The translations under genes and the position numbers were made by a program. From assembly GCA_050273025.1 (NCBI GenBank), contig CP158636.1:3410001-3474000 (forward strand): a stretch of DNA of 64,000 nt, written 5' to 3'. Under the pieces are notes generated by a model that was not told the origin of the DNA, made no database searches, and worked only from the letters and a program-made list of their open reading frames with translations. The DNA is from Cenococcum geophilum (lineage: Eukaryota). Of this stretch, positions 38,480-52,200 are shown in pieces; position 1 is the first letter of the stretch, and every line of letters starts with the position of its first letter.

Positions 38480-41400
38480 TTATGCAATATATCATTATCT
38501 CTATTAGCTACGGTTAAACTTAATCCAATAGGTTAAGATATATGGGAGGATAGATTGTTTACGGTAGGGTTTAACAGCAACAAAACAATATTATTTTAGC
38601 TAATAGTGTAGGTATAGAGGGTAAATATTCCTAGAGTATATTCTAAATATTCTACTAACATACTTAGTTATAGGAAGTAAGTAGACCTACAAATACCGAG
38701 ATATACAGCTACTGCTAACCTTGTCCTGTTTATTAGTGTAGTATATAAGTAGACCTGCAAATACTAAGATATATAGCTACTGCTAACCTTATCCTGTTTA
38801 TTAGTATAGGTTGTAAGTAGACCTACAAATACTAAGATATACAGCTGCTGCTAATCTTATTCTATTTATTAGTATAAGAGGTAAGTAGACCTATAAATAC
38901 CAAAATATATAGCTACTGCTAACTTTGTCCTATTTATTAGTGTAGTATATAAGTAGATCTACAAATACTAAGATATATAGCTGCTGCTAACCTTATCCTG
39001 TTTATTAGTATAGTATATAAGTAGATCTGCAAATACTAAGATATATAGCTACTACTAACCTTATTCTGTTTGTTAGTATAGGGTGTAAGTAAACCTGCAA
39101 ATACTAAGATATATAGCTGCTGCTAACCTTATTCTATTTGTTGGTGTAGTATATAAGTAGACCTACAAATACTAAAATATATAGCTGCTGCTAACCTTAT
39201 CCTGTTTATTAGTGTAGTATATAAGTAGACCTGCAAATACTGAGATATACAGCTGCTGCTAACTTTGTTTTATTTATTAGTATAGTATATAAGTAGACCT
39301 ACAAATACTAAGATATATAGCTGCTACTAATCTTGTCCTATTTATTAGTATAGGATATAAGTAGACCTATAAATACTGGAATATACTACTGCTGCTAACC
39401 TTATCCTATTTGTTAGTGTAGGAGGTAAGTAAACCTATAAATACTAAGATATATAGCTGCTGCTAACCTTATCCTATTTATTAGTATAGGATATAAGTAG
39501 ACCAAAAAATATTAGGATATACAGCTGCTGCTAACCTTGTCCTATTTGTTAGTGTAGGAGGTAAGTAGACCTATAAATACTAAGATATACAGCTATTGCT
39601 AATCTTATCCTATTTATTAGTGTAGAATATAAGTAGACCTATAAATACTAAGATATACAGCTGCTGCTAACTTTATCCTATTTATTAGTATAGAATATAA
39701 GTAGACCTGTAAATACTAGAATATACTACTACTACTAATCTTGTTCTATTTGTTAGTGTAGGTTATAAGTAGACCTGTAAATACTAAAATATATAGCTAC
39801 TGCTAACCTTATCCTATTTGTTGGTATAGGAGGTAAGTAGACCTATAAATACTAAGATATATAACTACTACTAACCTTATTCTATTTATTAGTGTAAAAG
39901 GTAAGTAAACCTACAAATACTAGAATATATAACTACTGCTAACCTTATCCTATTTATTAGTATAGGAGGTAAGTAGATATATAAATACTAAAATATACAG
40001 CTGCTGCTAACCTTATCCTATTTATTAGTATAAAATATAAGTAAACCTGTAAATACTAAGATATATAGCTGCTGCTAACTTTGTCCTATTTGTTAGTGTA
40101 GTATATAAGTAAACCTATAAATACTAAGATATATAGTTACTACTAACCTTATTTTATTTATTAGTATAGGATATAAGTAGACCTATAAATACTAAGATGT
40201 ACAGCTACTGCTAACTTTATTCTATTTATTAATATAGCTTATAAGTAGACCTATAAATACTAAGATATATAGCTGCTGCTAATCTTATCCTATTTATTAG
40301 TATAGCTTATAAGTAGACCTGCAAATACTAAGATATATAGCTGCTGCTAACTTTATCCTGTTTGTTAGTGTAAGTTATAAGTAGACCTATAAATACTAAA
40401 ATGTATAGCTGCTATTAATCTTGTCCTATTTATTAGTGTAGGAGGTAAGTAAACCTATAAATACTAAGATATACAGCTGCTGCTAACCTTATCCTATTTA
40501 TTAGTATAGCTTATAAGTAGACCTGCAAATACTAAGATATATAGCTACTACTAATTTTGTCCTATTTGTTAGTATAACTTATAAGTAGACCTGTAAATAC
40601 TAAGATATATAGCTACTGCTAACCTTGTCCTATTTATTAGTATAGAATGTAAGTAGACCTGCAAATACTAAAATATATAACTGCTGCTAACTTTATCCTA
40701 TTTATTAGTATAGGAGGTAAGTAAACCTATAAATACTAAAATATATAGCTGCTACTAACCTTATCCTATTTATTAGTGTAGGTTATAAGTAGACCTGCAA
40801 ATACTAGGATATACAGCTGCTACTAACCTTATTCTATTTATTGGTATAGGTTGTAAATAGACCTGCAAATACCAAAATATACAGCTGCTACTAATCTTGT
40901 CCTGTTTATTAGTGTAGGATATAAGTAGACCTGCAAATACTAGGATATATAGCTGCTGCTAACTTTATCCTATTTATTAGTATAGGAGGTAAGTAGACCT
41001 GCAAATACTAAGATATATAGCTATTGCTAACCTTATCCTATTTATTAGTATAGGATATAAGTAGACCTACAAATACTAAGATATATAGCTGCTGCTAACC
41101 TTGTCCTATTTATTAGTATAGGATATAAGTAGACCTACAAATACTAGAATATACCACTGCTGCTAATTTTGTTCTATTTATTAGTGTAGGTTGTAAGTAA
41201 ACCTATAAATACTAAGATATACAGCTACTGCTAACCTTGTCCTATTTATTAGTGTAAAATGTAAGTAGACCTATAAATACTAAGATATACAGTTACTGCT
41301 AACTTTGTCTTATTTATTAGTATAGTATATAAGTAAACCTATAAATACTAAGATATATAGCTACTACTAATTTTATTCTGTTTATTAGTGTAGGATATAA

Positions 41401-41920
41401 GTAGATCTGTAAATATTAAGATATACAGCTACTGCTAACCTTATCCTATTTATTAGTATAGGAGGTAAGTAGACCTGCAAATACTAAGATATACAGCTGC
41501 TACTAACTTTGTCCTATTTATTAGTGTAGTATATAAATAGACCTACAAATACTAAGATATACAGCTACTACTAACCTTATCCTATTTATTAGTGTAGCTT
41601 ATAAGTAGACCTATAAATACTAAGATGTATAGCTGCTACTAACCTTATTCTATTTATTGGTGTAGTATATAAGTAGACTTATAAATACTAAGATATACAG
41701 CTGCTGCTAACCTTATCCTATTTATTAGTATAGGGTATAAGTAGACCTGCAAATACTAAGATATATAGCTGCTACTAACCTTGTCCTGTTTATTAGTATA
41801 GGAGGTAAGTAGACCTACAAATACTAAGATATATAGCTGCTACTAACCTTATCCTGTTTATTAGTATAGCGTATAAGTAGACCTACGAATACTAAGATAT
41901 ATAGCTGCTGCTAACCTTAT
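38480..41920 (+). pseudogene. 5' part of a gene built from a leader exon, a 9-nt exon and 48 three-nucleotide micro-exons separated by near-identical 65-nt introns
   Basis: Exact 68-bp period with no net indel; each unit is GTAAGT donor, GCTAAC branch point, TGTAG acceptor and a variable triplet. Two unique introns (38564-38611 and 38621-38673) precede the array. The start position is uncertain. Confidence 0.8.
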
Positions 41921-44900
41921 CGTTATTATTAGACAACTAAAGACTTATTATAGTCCTTTAGGCCCTATCCTAGCGCCTTAGTGGATCCACTAAGGCCTAT
42001 ATAGTACTGAAGCGGTTAGTAAAGGTCACGGACCCCCTACTACTTACAAACGGAACCAACCCTATATTTAATAATTGGAAGCTTTAATTATAGGATAAGC
42101 TTAAAGTTAATGCAGACTACTTCCCTAACGCCTAAGCCAGAATGGCCTACGTCTTCGGCCGTACTGGCGGAGACGCCTAGACGCATTTACGCCCGTGATA
42201 TATAGAAGACTTAGCAAACCCCTTTATCTCTAAAGAAGAAATAATTAAACACTTATCTTTTATTTATAAAGACCCTTTTAAAGTATAAAACGCCTGCCTT
42301 AGCTATAAAAGCCTAAATATAAAAATAATGGAGACCTTTTCGGCCTTTTAAACCCGCTTTTTACACCTGGCCGGATAGGCCTAGATCCCCTAGGAAGACC
42401 TACTGCTAGACCTCTTTAATAAACTTACCCTGGACCTATAGCGGGCCGTATTACTAGCTTATACTATAGCATAGACGTTAAAGGAACTTATAGACTATTG
42501 CCTAGCTATTAACTAAGGCCTTTATTAAATTAAGGCACGCGCCAACTAGCTAAAAACTAGAAACCTTGTAAACTAGGCCGTAAGTACTACGAGTACGGCC
42601 CGTAGTGCCCTAGCATGATTGGCAACTCCTATAGCTAACCCGGCAGCTAGCTACGCAGCTACCCCTACTGCGGGCCCGGTATACACCCAGCCTATATATA
42701 GCGACCCCCGTATATAGGCCTTTAGCAATTAAGGAGCTTGCTTCTTGTGCGGTTAAATAGGCCACCCTATAAGGAACTGCCTAATAAAGGTAAGGATAAA
42801 CGAGGTCCTGTTAATTTAGGAGGATAGTATAGAGCTAGAAAAAGAGAAACCCTAGAGAAAGACTCCTCTTTAGGGTTAAAAGGGATTAATATGTTACATA
42901 TTAATCTAGGTCGGCTAATTAGTAGAAGAAGCTGCACTATCCCTTATACTTTATTTCGTAATAGATATTAAGTTTTAACCTTTACTTTAGCTAACTTAGG
43001 AGTAAATGCCTTTACTTTAATTGATATAAAGTGCGCTGTAAAACTGGCTGATTTTTTGAATGCACCCCTTAAAGAACTGCCTAAACTAATCCCTATTTGC
43101 GGTTATAACGGACGGATAGGGCCACCTATTATAACTATCTTGCGGATCTACCTCCGTGTTAATAGACGAAGGTAGTATAATATCCCCTTTCTTATTACGG
43201 ACTTAGGAAGCCACGATATAATCTTAGGAAGAAAATGGCTAGCCTATTTAGGCTTATAGCTTAAAGTACGGAGTAGACGGCTTATCTGGCCTAAAACTCT
43301 ACCTTTAACCCCTTTCTTTATAAAAGAAATTAGCATTATAATAGAAAACCTTATACGGCCCTAGATTAATACTATTTACTAGGCCGATGCTATACGTAAA
43401 GACTAGGCCTTTAAGAAGGACGTACAGCTTAACCCGCAACGGATCCGTATACTACGCCGCCCTTAGACTACCTATGTCACGCTACCCGCACTAGAGACCT
43501 AGGAAGTTGGTAGTAACCTAGCTAAGTTCCCTATGGAGAACCCTATAAAGCTATAAAGGAAAGCTAGGGATATTAAACGCCATACTAAACTAATAGATAG
43601 AAAGGATAACTTATAGAAAATGGAACGTGAGCTAAGGAAGACTATAAACCCTATACCGCAAACTATAGCCTAATAGACGCCAAAGAAACCTACGGACCTC
43701 CCACCAGTTAATGTCTGCTGTATTAGCGCTGTAGGATTCTACTAAAACCTAGTTTAGCCTGATACCGTTGCCTTTACAACTAGCCTATACAAAATTAACT
43801 AAATAATTAAGGAAAAGAAAAGCGAGCTTAGTGGATAGGAAAGCGGGCTTACGGATAAAGAACTAGTAGAGTAAAAACTGCCTAATTAATACCGGAAATT
43901 CAAGGACGTATTCTCTAAGGCAGTGTCTAATATGCTTCTACCTTACTAACTATATAACTATAAGATTGAGATTGAGCAAGATAAAGGAAGCACCCTTAGC
44001 TTTAGCCCTCTCTACCTATAGTCTATTGCCGAATTATAGGCTATAAAGTAGTACCTTATTAATAACCTAAATAAGGGCTTTATTAAGCCTAGCTAAGCCC
44101 CTTTTAACTTACCTATTTTCTTTGTTAAAAAGCTAAATAGAGGACTACGCTTCTGTATTGACTACTATAAGCTAAATAATATAACCCGCAAGGACCGCTA
44201 CCCACTGCCCTTACTTAATGAGACTTTTACCTAAATGAGTAGAGCTAAGGTTTTTATAAAGCTTAATATCCGCTAGGCCTTTTACTGAATTAAAATAAAC
44301 CCTGGGTTTAAGGATTTTACTATATTCTAGACCTGTTATAGGACGTATAAATATAAGGTACTTCCTTTTAGACTAACTAACGGACTAGTTATATATTAGC
44401 GGTATATAAACAATGTACTCTTTAACTACCTTAATGACTTCTATACGGCCTATCTAAATAATATTATAATCTACTTAGAGAATAAACTAGAATACGAGGA
44501 GCACGTCTATAAAGTCCTATAACGGCTCCGCAAAGCTAGCCTCTAGGCTAATATTAAGAAGTTAAAATTTAGTATTAAGCGTATAAAGTACTTAGGTTTT
44601 ATTATTAGCACGGACGGAATTAAGGCCAACCTAGAGAAAACGATTATAATTAACTAGTAGACGCCCCCACGGACCGTAAAGGGGGTATAATCGTTTTTAG
44701 GTTTCTGTAACTTCTACTAACACTTTATTAAGAACTATAGTAGGATTACCCGGCCTCTTAACCGCCTTACTAGGAAAGACTAGCCCTTTTACTTTAACGC
44801 CATGTATATGCAGGCCTTTAATGAGCTTAAAAAACGGCTAGTATCGGCCCCCCTACTTGCCCACTTTAACCTAGAATGGCCCTTAATGCTAGAAACTAAT

Positions 44901-47306
44901 GCCTTAAATAGCGTAATAGCTAGTATTTTTTCCCAGAAGCAACCGGACGGAGAATGGCACCCTATTGTATACTATTTAAAGACTATAATAGATGCTGAAC
45001 TGAACTACCATATCTATAATAAAAAAATGCTGGCTATTATCTCTAGCTTTTAGTACTGGCGTATATAGCTAGAGGGGACCCCTAAACCTATTAAAGTAGT
45101 GTTAGATTATAAGGCCCTAGAATACTTTATAATAACTAAGGCCCTTACGGCCCAGTAGGCACGCTAGGCGGATATCCTATCTTAGTTTAACTTCTTAATT
45201 ATATATAGATTAGGCGCTATAAACCGTGCGGATACTCTTACTAGGCGTAAATAAGACCTAGGTAACTATACGGCCGCGAAAATCTTATTATAGACCTAGA
45301 CGCTACTATAACTAGAGCACCTTAACCCCTAGATATAGGCAGAACTAAGTATAGACTCCTTAGGCGCTGAGATGTATCCTATTAACCCTTTAGGACTTAA
45401 CTTAATTGATGAATTGCTGTAGATAAACTATACGGCCCCTTCTCTATAGGAGTACCGTAAAAGGGTAAAGAACGTTACTAGCCTATGGTCCCTTAAAAAT
45501 GGATTACTTAAGCATTAGGAACGGCTGGTAGTAGTAGAGGAACAGAACTTACGGACTCGGCTTATTGCTAAAGTATATACCTAGGTCTCTACGGCCTATC
45601 TTAGAAAGAATAAGACCTGTAGGATTATTAGTAACTACTACTACTGGCCCGAAATAGTTATAGATATCAACTGCTATATACGGAACTACAACGACTGCCG
45701 TAGGTCTATAATCCCACGAGATAAGACCCTAGGATTATTAAAACCCCTTCTAATACCCGACCGCCCCTAGTAATATATCTCTATAGACTTTTATAAGCTA
45801 CCTCTAGACCATAATGGATATAATATAGTTATAATCCTAGTTAACTGCTTTAGTAAGCGCCCGTTCTTAATTCCCTGTTATAAGAATATTAATACTAAAG
45901 AGGCAGCCTAATTATATATCTACTATGTCTACCGAATTTACGGACTACTAGATACTATTATATCCAACCACAGGCCATAGTTTATATTAGCCTTTTAGAA
46001 TAAGTTTACCTAGATTTTAGGCATTAAGCTAAAGCTTTTTATAGTATATTACCCCTAGACAAATAGTTAAACGGAGATTGTAAATTAATACTTAGACTAG
46101 AGACTCCGGCCTTTCGTTAACTACTTTTAGGATAACTAGGCCGAACTATTGCCTTTAATAAACTACGCCCAAGCAACCCTACCCTACGACTCTACCGGAT
46201 TTGCCCCTATTTAACTAAAAATAGGTTACCTACCCCGCATAAGCTTTAACTGGGAAAGACTAGAAGGGCCCTAGACTATACGCGAAAAACTATCTTAAGA
46301 GGAAGCCTAGCAGTACGCTAAGCGCTTAGAAGAAGCCTAGAAAGTAACCTATATAAACCTAGAAAAGGCCCAGAAGTTAATAAAATGATAGGCAAATAAA
46401 TATAGGCGCGAGCCTAACTTTACTGTAGGCGACATAGTTTGGGTTATAATAAAGAACTAAAAAACAAAACGGCCTAGCCGTAAGCTGGACTATAAGATAG
46501 TAGGACCGTATAAGATTCTTAATAAAGTAGGCAACTTGTATAAGGTTAAGCTTCTAGACTTAATTAAAGTCCACCCTATCTTCTTACTGGATAAGCTACG
46601 GAAAGCTGTAAATGACCTACTGCCTAAATAAAAGAATAAACCTCCCCTACTAATTTAAGTTAACGACAATAATAAATAGGAAATTAAAGAAATACTAGCC
46701 TATAAACTTATAAAGGGAACGTTAAAGTATCGTATTAGTTAGAAAGGATATAACCTAGACCCTACTTAGTACCCTATATAGAACTTTATAGGTAGCCCCT
46801 ATAAGCTTTAGGAGTTCTATAGCTATTACCCTAATAAACCTAAACCGCTAAAGTACCTAGATAAGTGGATAAAATACTGGTATAATAAAGATAATAAGCT
46901 ACCAGAAGAATATAAGGATAAAAACGCCCTAGAAATTTCTTAGTTATGTAAGGTGTTAAGATATCTAGGAACTTCGACCGGCGGTCGAAGTTATTTAATT
47001 AGTTAGATTCTTTTGCTAAGACTTTTAGCGGCAAAGCCTAAGGGCAGGCTTTTTTGGAGGGGGGGGTAATGTTACGGCACTGGCAGAACTTGGCAGAACT
47101 TGGCAGAACTACGCACCGGCAAGTTGCCACAGATTGCCGTATATTGCGGTTACGTGATGCGAAGATCGTATATAGCTTCGAGCGGCGCTCCCCTTCTTCT
47201 CCTTTCCTTTCTTTAGCTTTAGATTCTCGTTTATAGACAATCCAATCGTACAGGCTTGCGCGACCCTTTTGCCGTGCTTATGTCTTGATTGACTGAGTCG
47301 CTAACA
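41921..47306 (+). mobile_element. Ty3/Gypsy chromovirus (gag, protease, RT, RNase H, integrase, chromodomain, PPT, 3' LTR); 5' LTR missing
   Basis: gag YVFGRTGGDA and CCHC knuckle at ~42740; RFCIDY.KLN; YL(DD)I.IY at ~44451; LET(D)A; HHCC integrase; chromodomain at ~46676; PPT ggaggggggggtaa; LTR 47070-47306 TGT...ACA. Confidence 0.95.
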
Positions 47307-48362
47307 CCACTTAACTTATATTGCTAGTATTTAAAACTATATTATATACTTAATTACTAAGGTTTAATATATAATATCTTAGAGTTTTCTTTCCGCTATA
47401 GTCGTTGCCTTTAGGTTTTTAAATATTTGTATAAGTCGTTCTATAAATCCTTCCTAGCTTAAAAATATAAACCGTACTTCTTAGTTTATAGTTATTATTC
47501 CGTTTACCTATATTTCTATAAGGTAAGGCTTAAACCATTTAAGTACCCTTTCTGTTAAGAATAGTCCTGCATACACTATTCAATCCATAGGTGTTACTAG
47601 CTTTGCTCCCTCCTATACTACCTTAAAGTATATTTACGTAAGGAATCCTTTAAGCTTTAATCTCTCTTCTAAAAATCTTTTAATTAATAGTAACTTAACC
47701 TTTACTGCGCCTATCCTATTAATCTTATTTTTAAATGCTACGTTATTTTCTATTAACTAGTTAACTATTTCCTATAATTATTTTACCGTTATAGGTTATT
47801 ATAAGTTAGTGTCCGCTATACTAGTGTTACCCCCTAACCTTAAAGTAGTTGCCGCCGTTAATGGCGTTATAGTGGCTACTTTTAGTGGCATATTATTTAA
47901 CTTCCTATATTTAATACTATAACTAGGTAGTAATTATATAACGGAACCTTATAGCAGTAACTATAATGGGTTCTATTAATAGGCTAGGTGTATAGGAAAT
48001 GCAAAGATAGTAGTTAATAATGTAATAATAACTAGTGGAGTGGTTGCCTAATAGATTAACTCTAATTATATTCTAAGAATTACTATAAGGAAGGAACTAT
48101 CTAGGTAGGGACTAAGGGTCCTTAAATATATAACCGTACTTCTAAGAAAGTCGTTGCTCTATCTACTCTGCCTACTCTATTTACTCTATTATAGATCTCG
48201 CAGATTATACAGATTACATAGATCACATCACGTGACTCTGCTTACCATTTCTCGTTACATGGTTCTACGGGTTTTATCCTAGACCGTGCTTATATTAACT
48301 AACTAGCTTCTTCCAACTCCTCTCCAAGTAGTTATAACATCGTACTTAAAGCGTTCGTAACA
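47307..48362 (-). mobile_element. Truncated Gypsy element (LTR and gag fragment)
   Basis: Minus strand starts TGTTACG at 48362; gag-like YAGLFLT(G)R.L(E)WF(E)PYL at ~47520-47575. Confidence 0.65.
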
Positions 48363-49264
48363 CTAAGTAAATTAGCTAGAGGCTTATAGAGCTTAAATTA
48401 ACCTATACGGCTTAAATTCTATGGGGAGAATTATATAGCGAGCTTTCTAAAGACGGCCAGGTAATAGAGTTTACTTAAAAAGACGCCAATATAGTACTTT
48501 TTATAAGTACTATTAACGACAATAAGCTAAACGCCTCTATAATAAGGCTTAAAAGCTAATAACGTTATATATTACTAGGTTAATAGAAGATTAAGGACTT
48601 ATAAAAATAATCTACTTTTACCTTTAGTGGCGCCAAATAGACTTAGAAGGTCTTTAGTAATAAGGTATAAAAGTAATTACTTATTTCTACCTTTATTTTC
48701 TACTACAATTACTATATATATAGTGTAGATATTACAGATTAATTATAACAGTATTTTATAACATAGAGGATCTATAAGCAGACTTAGAAGCCTTTATTAC
48801 ACTTCCTACTTAATATAATAATTAGAAATTGCTTCCTACTATTTTCCTACTATCCTACTAATTATCGCGAAGGCCGTTATAACGGCTATAAGCAGTTTCA
48901 AATTAATCTACGCAACGCCTTATTTAAACGCTCGATTTAGAAGTAAAAGGCTCCTATATATAAATATAAATACCTTTCTTAACGCTTTATAGACGATATT
49001 ATATAGGTTCCTACATAGCTATACGAGCTAATTAAGATATCTCACAAACCTATTTACTGCTCGGCTTACGTAACGGCTAGTAAATATACTTAGGTAAAGC
49101 ATATAGGACGTCGAAAAGCTCTATCAGAGCTTTTACCAAATACTATAAGGAAGCCTCGCGATAGTAAGGAATAGAATAGGCGCAGGCGTCTTCTAAGGAC
49201 GCTTTTTGGCTGTAGTATCTATAAAATACCGTTCTGCAGGAACGACAACTGCTAGAGGCCTTAT

Positions 49265-52200
49265 ATACTAGCGTCTATATATTACTTAGCAGCATCTACC
49301 TTAGCAACGCACAATGCTAAGACCTTCCGTAATATTCGCGAATATTGAACGCAGTTACTACGTGGCTAATTCGCTTTCAATATCGCTAAACTTATTAATA
49401 TTTATTATACATTTATTATCCATTTATTTAAGAATTATTTTATAACGCTATTACCGCTTATAACCAACTAGGAGACTTATACGCGTATATAATCCTAACG
49501 AGTAAACCTACCTAGATAACCTACCTTAACTACACCATCGTCTATAACCGCTATACCCTCCTCTACTAGTTCTATAATGCTGTCTAAGGCTAATATACGC
49601 GCCGCTGCCGTAAAAGAGCGCGAAATTGCTAAAGAGTAAAGGGAACAAGCCCGAGATAAAAGGGAGATTTAGAAGTATAAGGAAGAGCATAAAGCCTGCC
49701 TAGTAGAGGAGGCTCGCCAGTATAAATACCACCTAGCTTAAATGGCTTAATTATAGTTAGGCTTAGCCGCTTTAGCCTTATAGGCCACTATAACAGCTAC
49801 TATAGCTAATGTCCTTAGTAAGCCTCTCCCTCCTAGCGTAAAGTTGCTTAAACTCCGCCTTCCTAGCGTTATAAAAAGGGATTACCTAGATATTTTTAAG
49901 GGTACCTTTAATCTAGTAAACCTCGCCCGTCTTTAAGTCTATACTACTTAAATTAAGATTGCTAATAAGATATAGATTAAGAATAGTACTCTAGTTATAA
50001 GGAAGGCAAAGGTAAATAGAAAGCTATTTATAGATAAAGGCGTCTAATTTAAAGGTTTTACTAACTACGTAGTTATTACTAGCACCCTCTATATATACCC
50101 GCTAGACCTTATTACTAGCATACTTCTTTAGATAAATATAATTCGTACCTTATTAACCTAGTATATCTAGGTAGATTATATACTTAACTTAGTACTTAAC
50201 TATTATACCTTTATAATAACTAATGGCTAACTAAAGCCTACTAATTAGCAAATACTAGCCTAGTATATAGCGCTATACCTTATAATGTTTAGTGCTATCG
50301 GCTTTACCGCCTTAAAGAGACCTAGGTTAGATACCTCCTATACCTCTAATACCTGCCGTAGGTTTAATAGTAGAGGCTATAATAATATAGCTTATAAATA
50401 CCCGCATAAGTGCTTAAAGTATAGTAAAGATTATACTGTATTATCTAAAGCTTGCGCCTAGAAATAGTAAGGCAAACCTTATAAAGTAGGGTCTAGCCTA
50501 ATAATAATACTAACTTTAATTATACGCCTAGGACCTAGGCCTAATACATTACTATTATTCTCTACCTTTATAGAGGTAAAGGCTCTCTACTACTCTCTAT
50601 CACCCCTAAGGATCTTAGCATAGCACTCCCTTTTATTTAACTACCCGGGCAATCTACTAGCCACTTTAATAGGTATCCTAACCTATAGCTACGAGATAGG
50701 AGCTAAGTTTATTCCTACCCTAAGATCTTATAGAAACTACAACTCCTTTTAGGATAACGTCGACCTTATCTCTAAGAAGATAATATTAGACCTTAAAAAA
50801 GGACATATTAGAATTACAATAGGGCCTATTATAGTCTTACCTCTTAGCCTAGTACTAAAATCGGATAGAGGATACCGCCGAATTTATAATCTCTCCTTTC
50901 TATTAGTATCTTTAGTTAATAACGCAATCCTAGAAGAATATGGAGTACTAGTATATACTACAGTTACCGCTATTTAAGCCTACGTTATTTCTATAGGTTG
51001 TAGATATCTATTACTTAAAAGAGATATTAAAGACGCGTTCTATATAGTCCCCCTATCTTATAGGGCAAGAATATTAATAGGCTTTTCCTAGAAAGGTATT
51101 ACCTATTAAAAATACTACCTATCCTTTAATCTTTAAACTACGCCGCTTATATTTAACCTCTTCGCGGAAGGCCTGTACTGGATACTCTATTTATAACTAC
51201 CTTATAAGGTAAAATACTACCTAAATAACTTTATCTTTATTCTTACTAACCTAAATAACTTAACGGCTATTACCTAGACTTATATCTCTGTTATTAACTC
51301 CTTAGATATCCCTTAAAATGGCTCTAAAGATATAGTAGGAACTATTATTAAAGTTTTAGGATATATTATTAACACCATATAAATATAAACGCGATTATTA
51401 CTACAGAAACAATTATATACTATTAAGAAAGTTACTACTACACTTTAATACGGCTTATTATCGTTCCTTTAAGCCTAGTAGCTTGCGGGCTACCTTATAT
51501 AGTGCGCCTACGTAATTAGACTTAGTTAATTTTACTCTAAATCTCTTTAGATTTTTATTACTACTTAGCTAGAGACTTTAGTAAATAAGTATAAACCTAG
51601 GCGATTTAGTACTAAGTTACGAAGTAACTTATATATCTGGCTTAATCTACTTACTATAAGTAATAGGGTATTGTTCTTTAACGACGTTAAGCGTACCTAT
51701 ATTTATCTCTTTACTAACGCCTCTACCTAGTTTAGGTTTAGCGGCTTTTATTTTTTTAAAGAACTTAAATATAAGGATAACTGGCAGTAGTATATAGCTA
51801 ACCTCCCTTAATCTTAGGCGTTTAGTATATTACCTAAGCCTAGTTAATAAATAGACCATATTAATCTAAAAGAGATATATGCTATTGCTTATATATTTAA
51901 TCTATAGTTTACTAACTAGCAGTATAGCGCGCTATCTATTTATACTAATAGCATAGTGGTTTACTAGGGTATTAAGAAGACTATCGTTTATAGTATAGTA
52001 AATGAATTACTCCATAAGATTATACTAGCTGCTATAGCTTACGATATTATAATATCCGCGAAGTGGATCCTAGGTAATTTAAATAGCTTAGCTAATATAC
52101 TATCTTAATTCCAGGCTATAGCTATTTATTAGTTCTGCCTATACTAGGCCCTTAATTTATTACTACTAAAGCTAATAAGTTTTTAATAGGTGCCGTAAAC

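Noticed and set aside
38677..41872. Alternative splicing model with 60-nt introns ending TTAG and 8-nt exons
   Set aside because: Less-mutated units read ttggtgtag or ttggtatag (e.g. 39141, 39821, 40841, 41657), so the upstream TAG is a RIP product; TGTAG is the ancestral acceptor.
38674..41920. CRISPR array or coding tandem repeat
   Set aside because: Eukaryotic context, variable part only 3 nt, no cas genes; a 68-bp period cannot keep frame unspliced.
38096..47306. A complete Gypsy element with 38096-38361 as 5' LTR and the 68-bp array as its leader
   Set aside because: The two LTR-like sequences do not align beyond a tggcagaa motif, and the array is preceded by its own exon-intron leader.
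48363..49264. Coding-like RIPed segment next to Ngaro copy B
   Set aside because: No diagnostic motif found in any frame examined.
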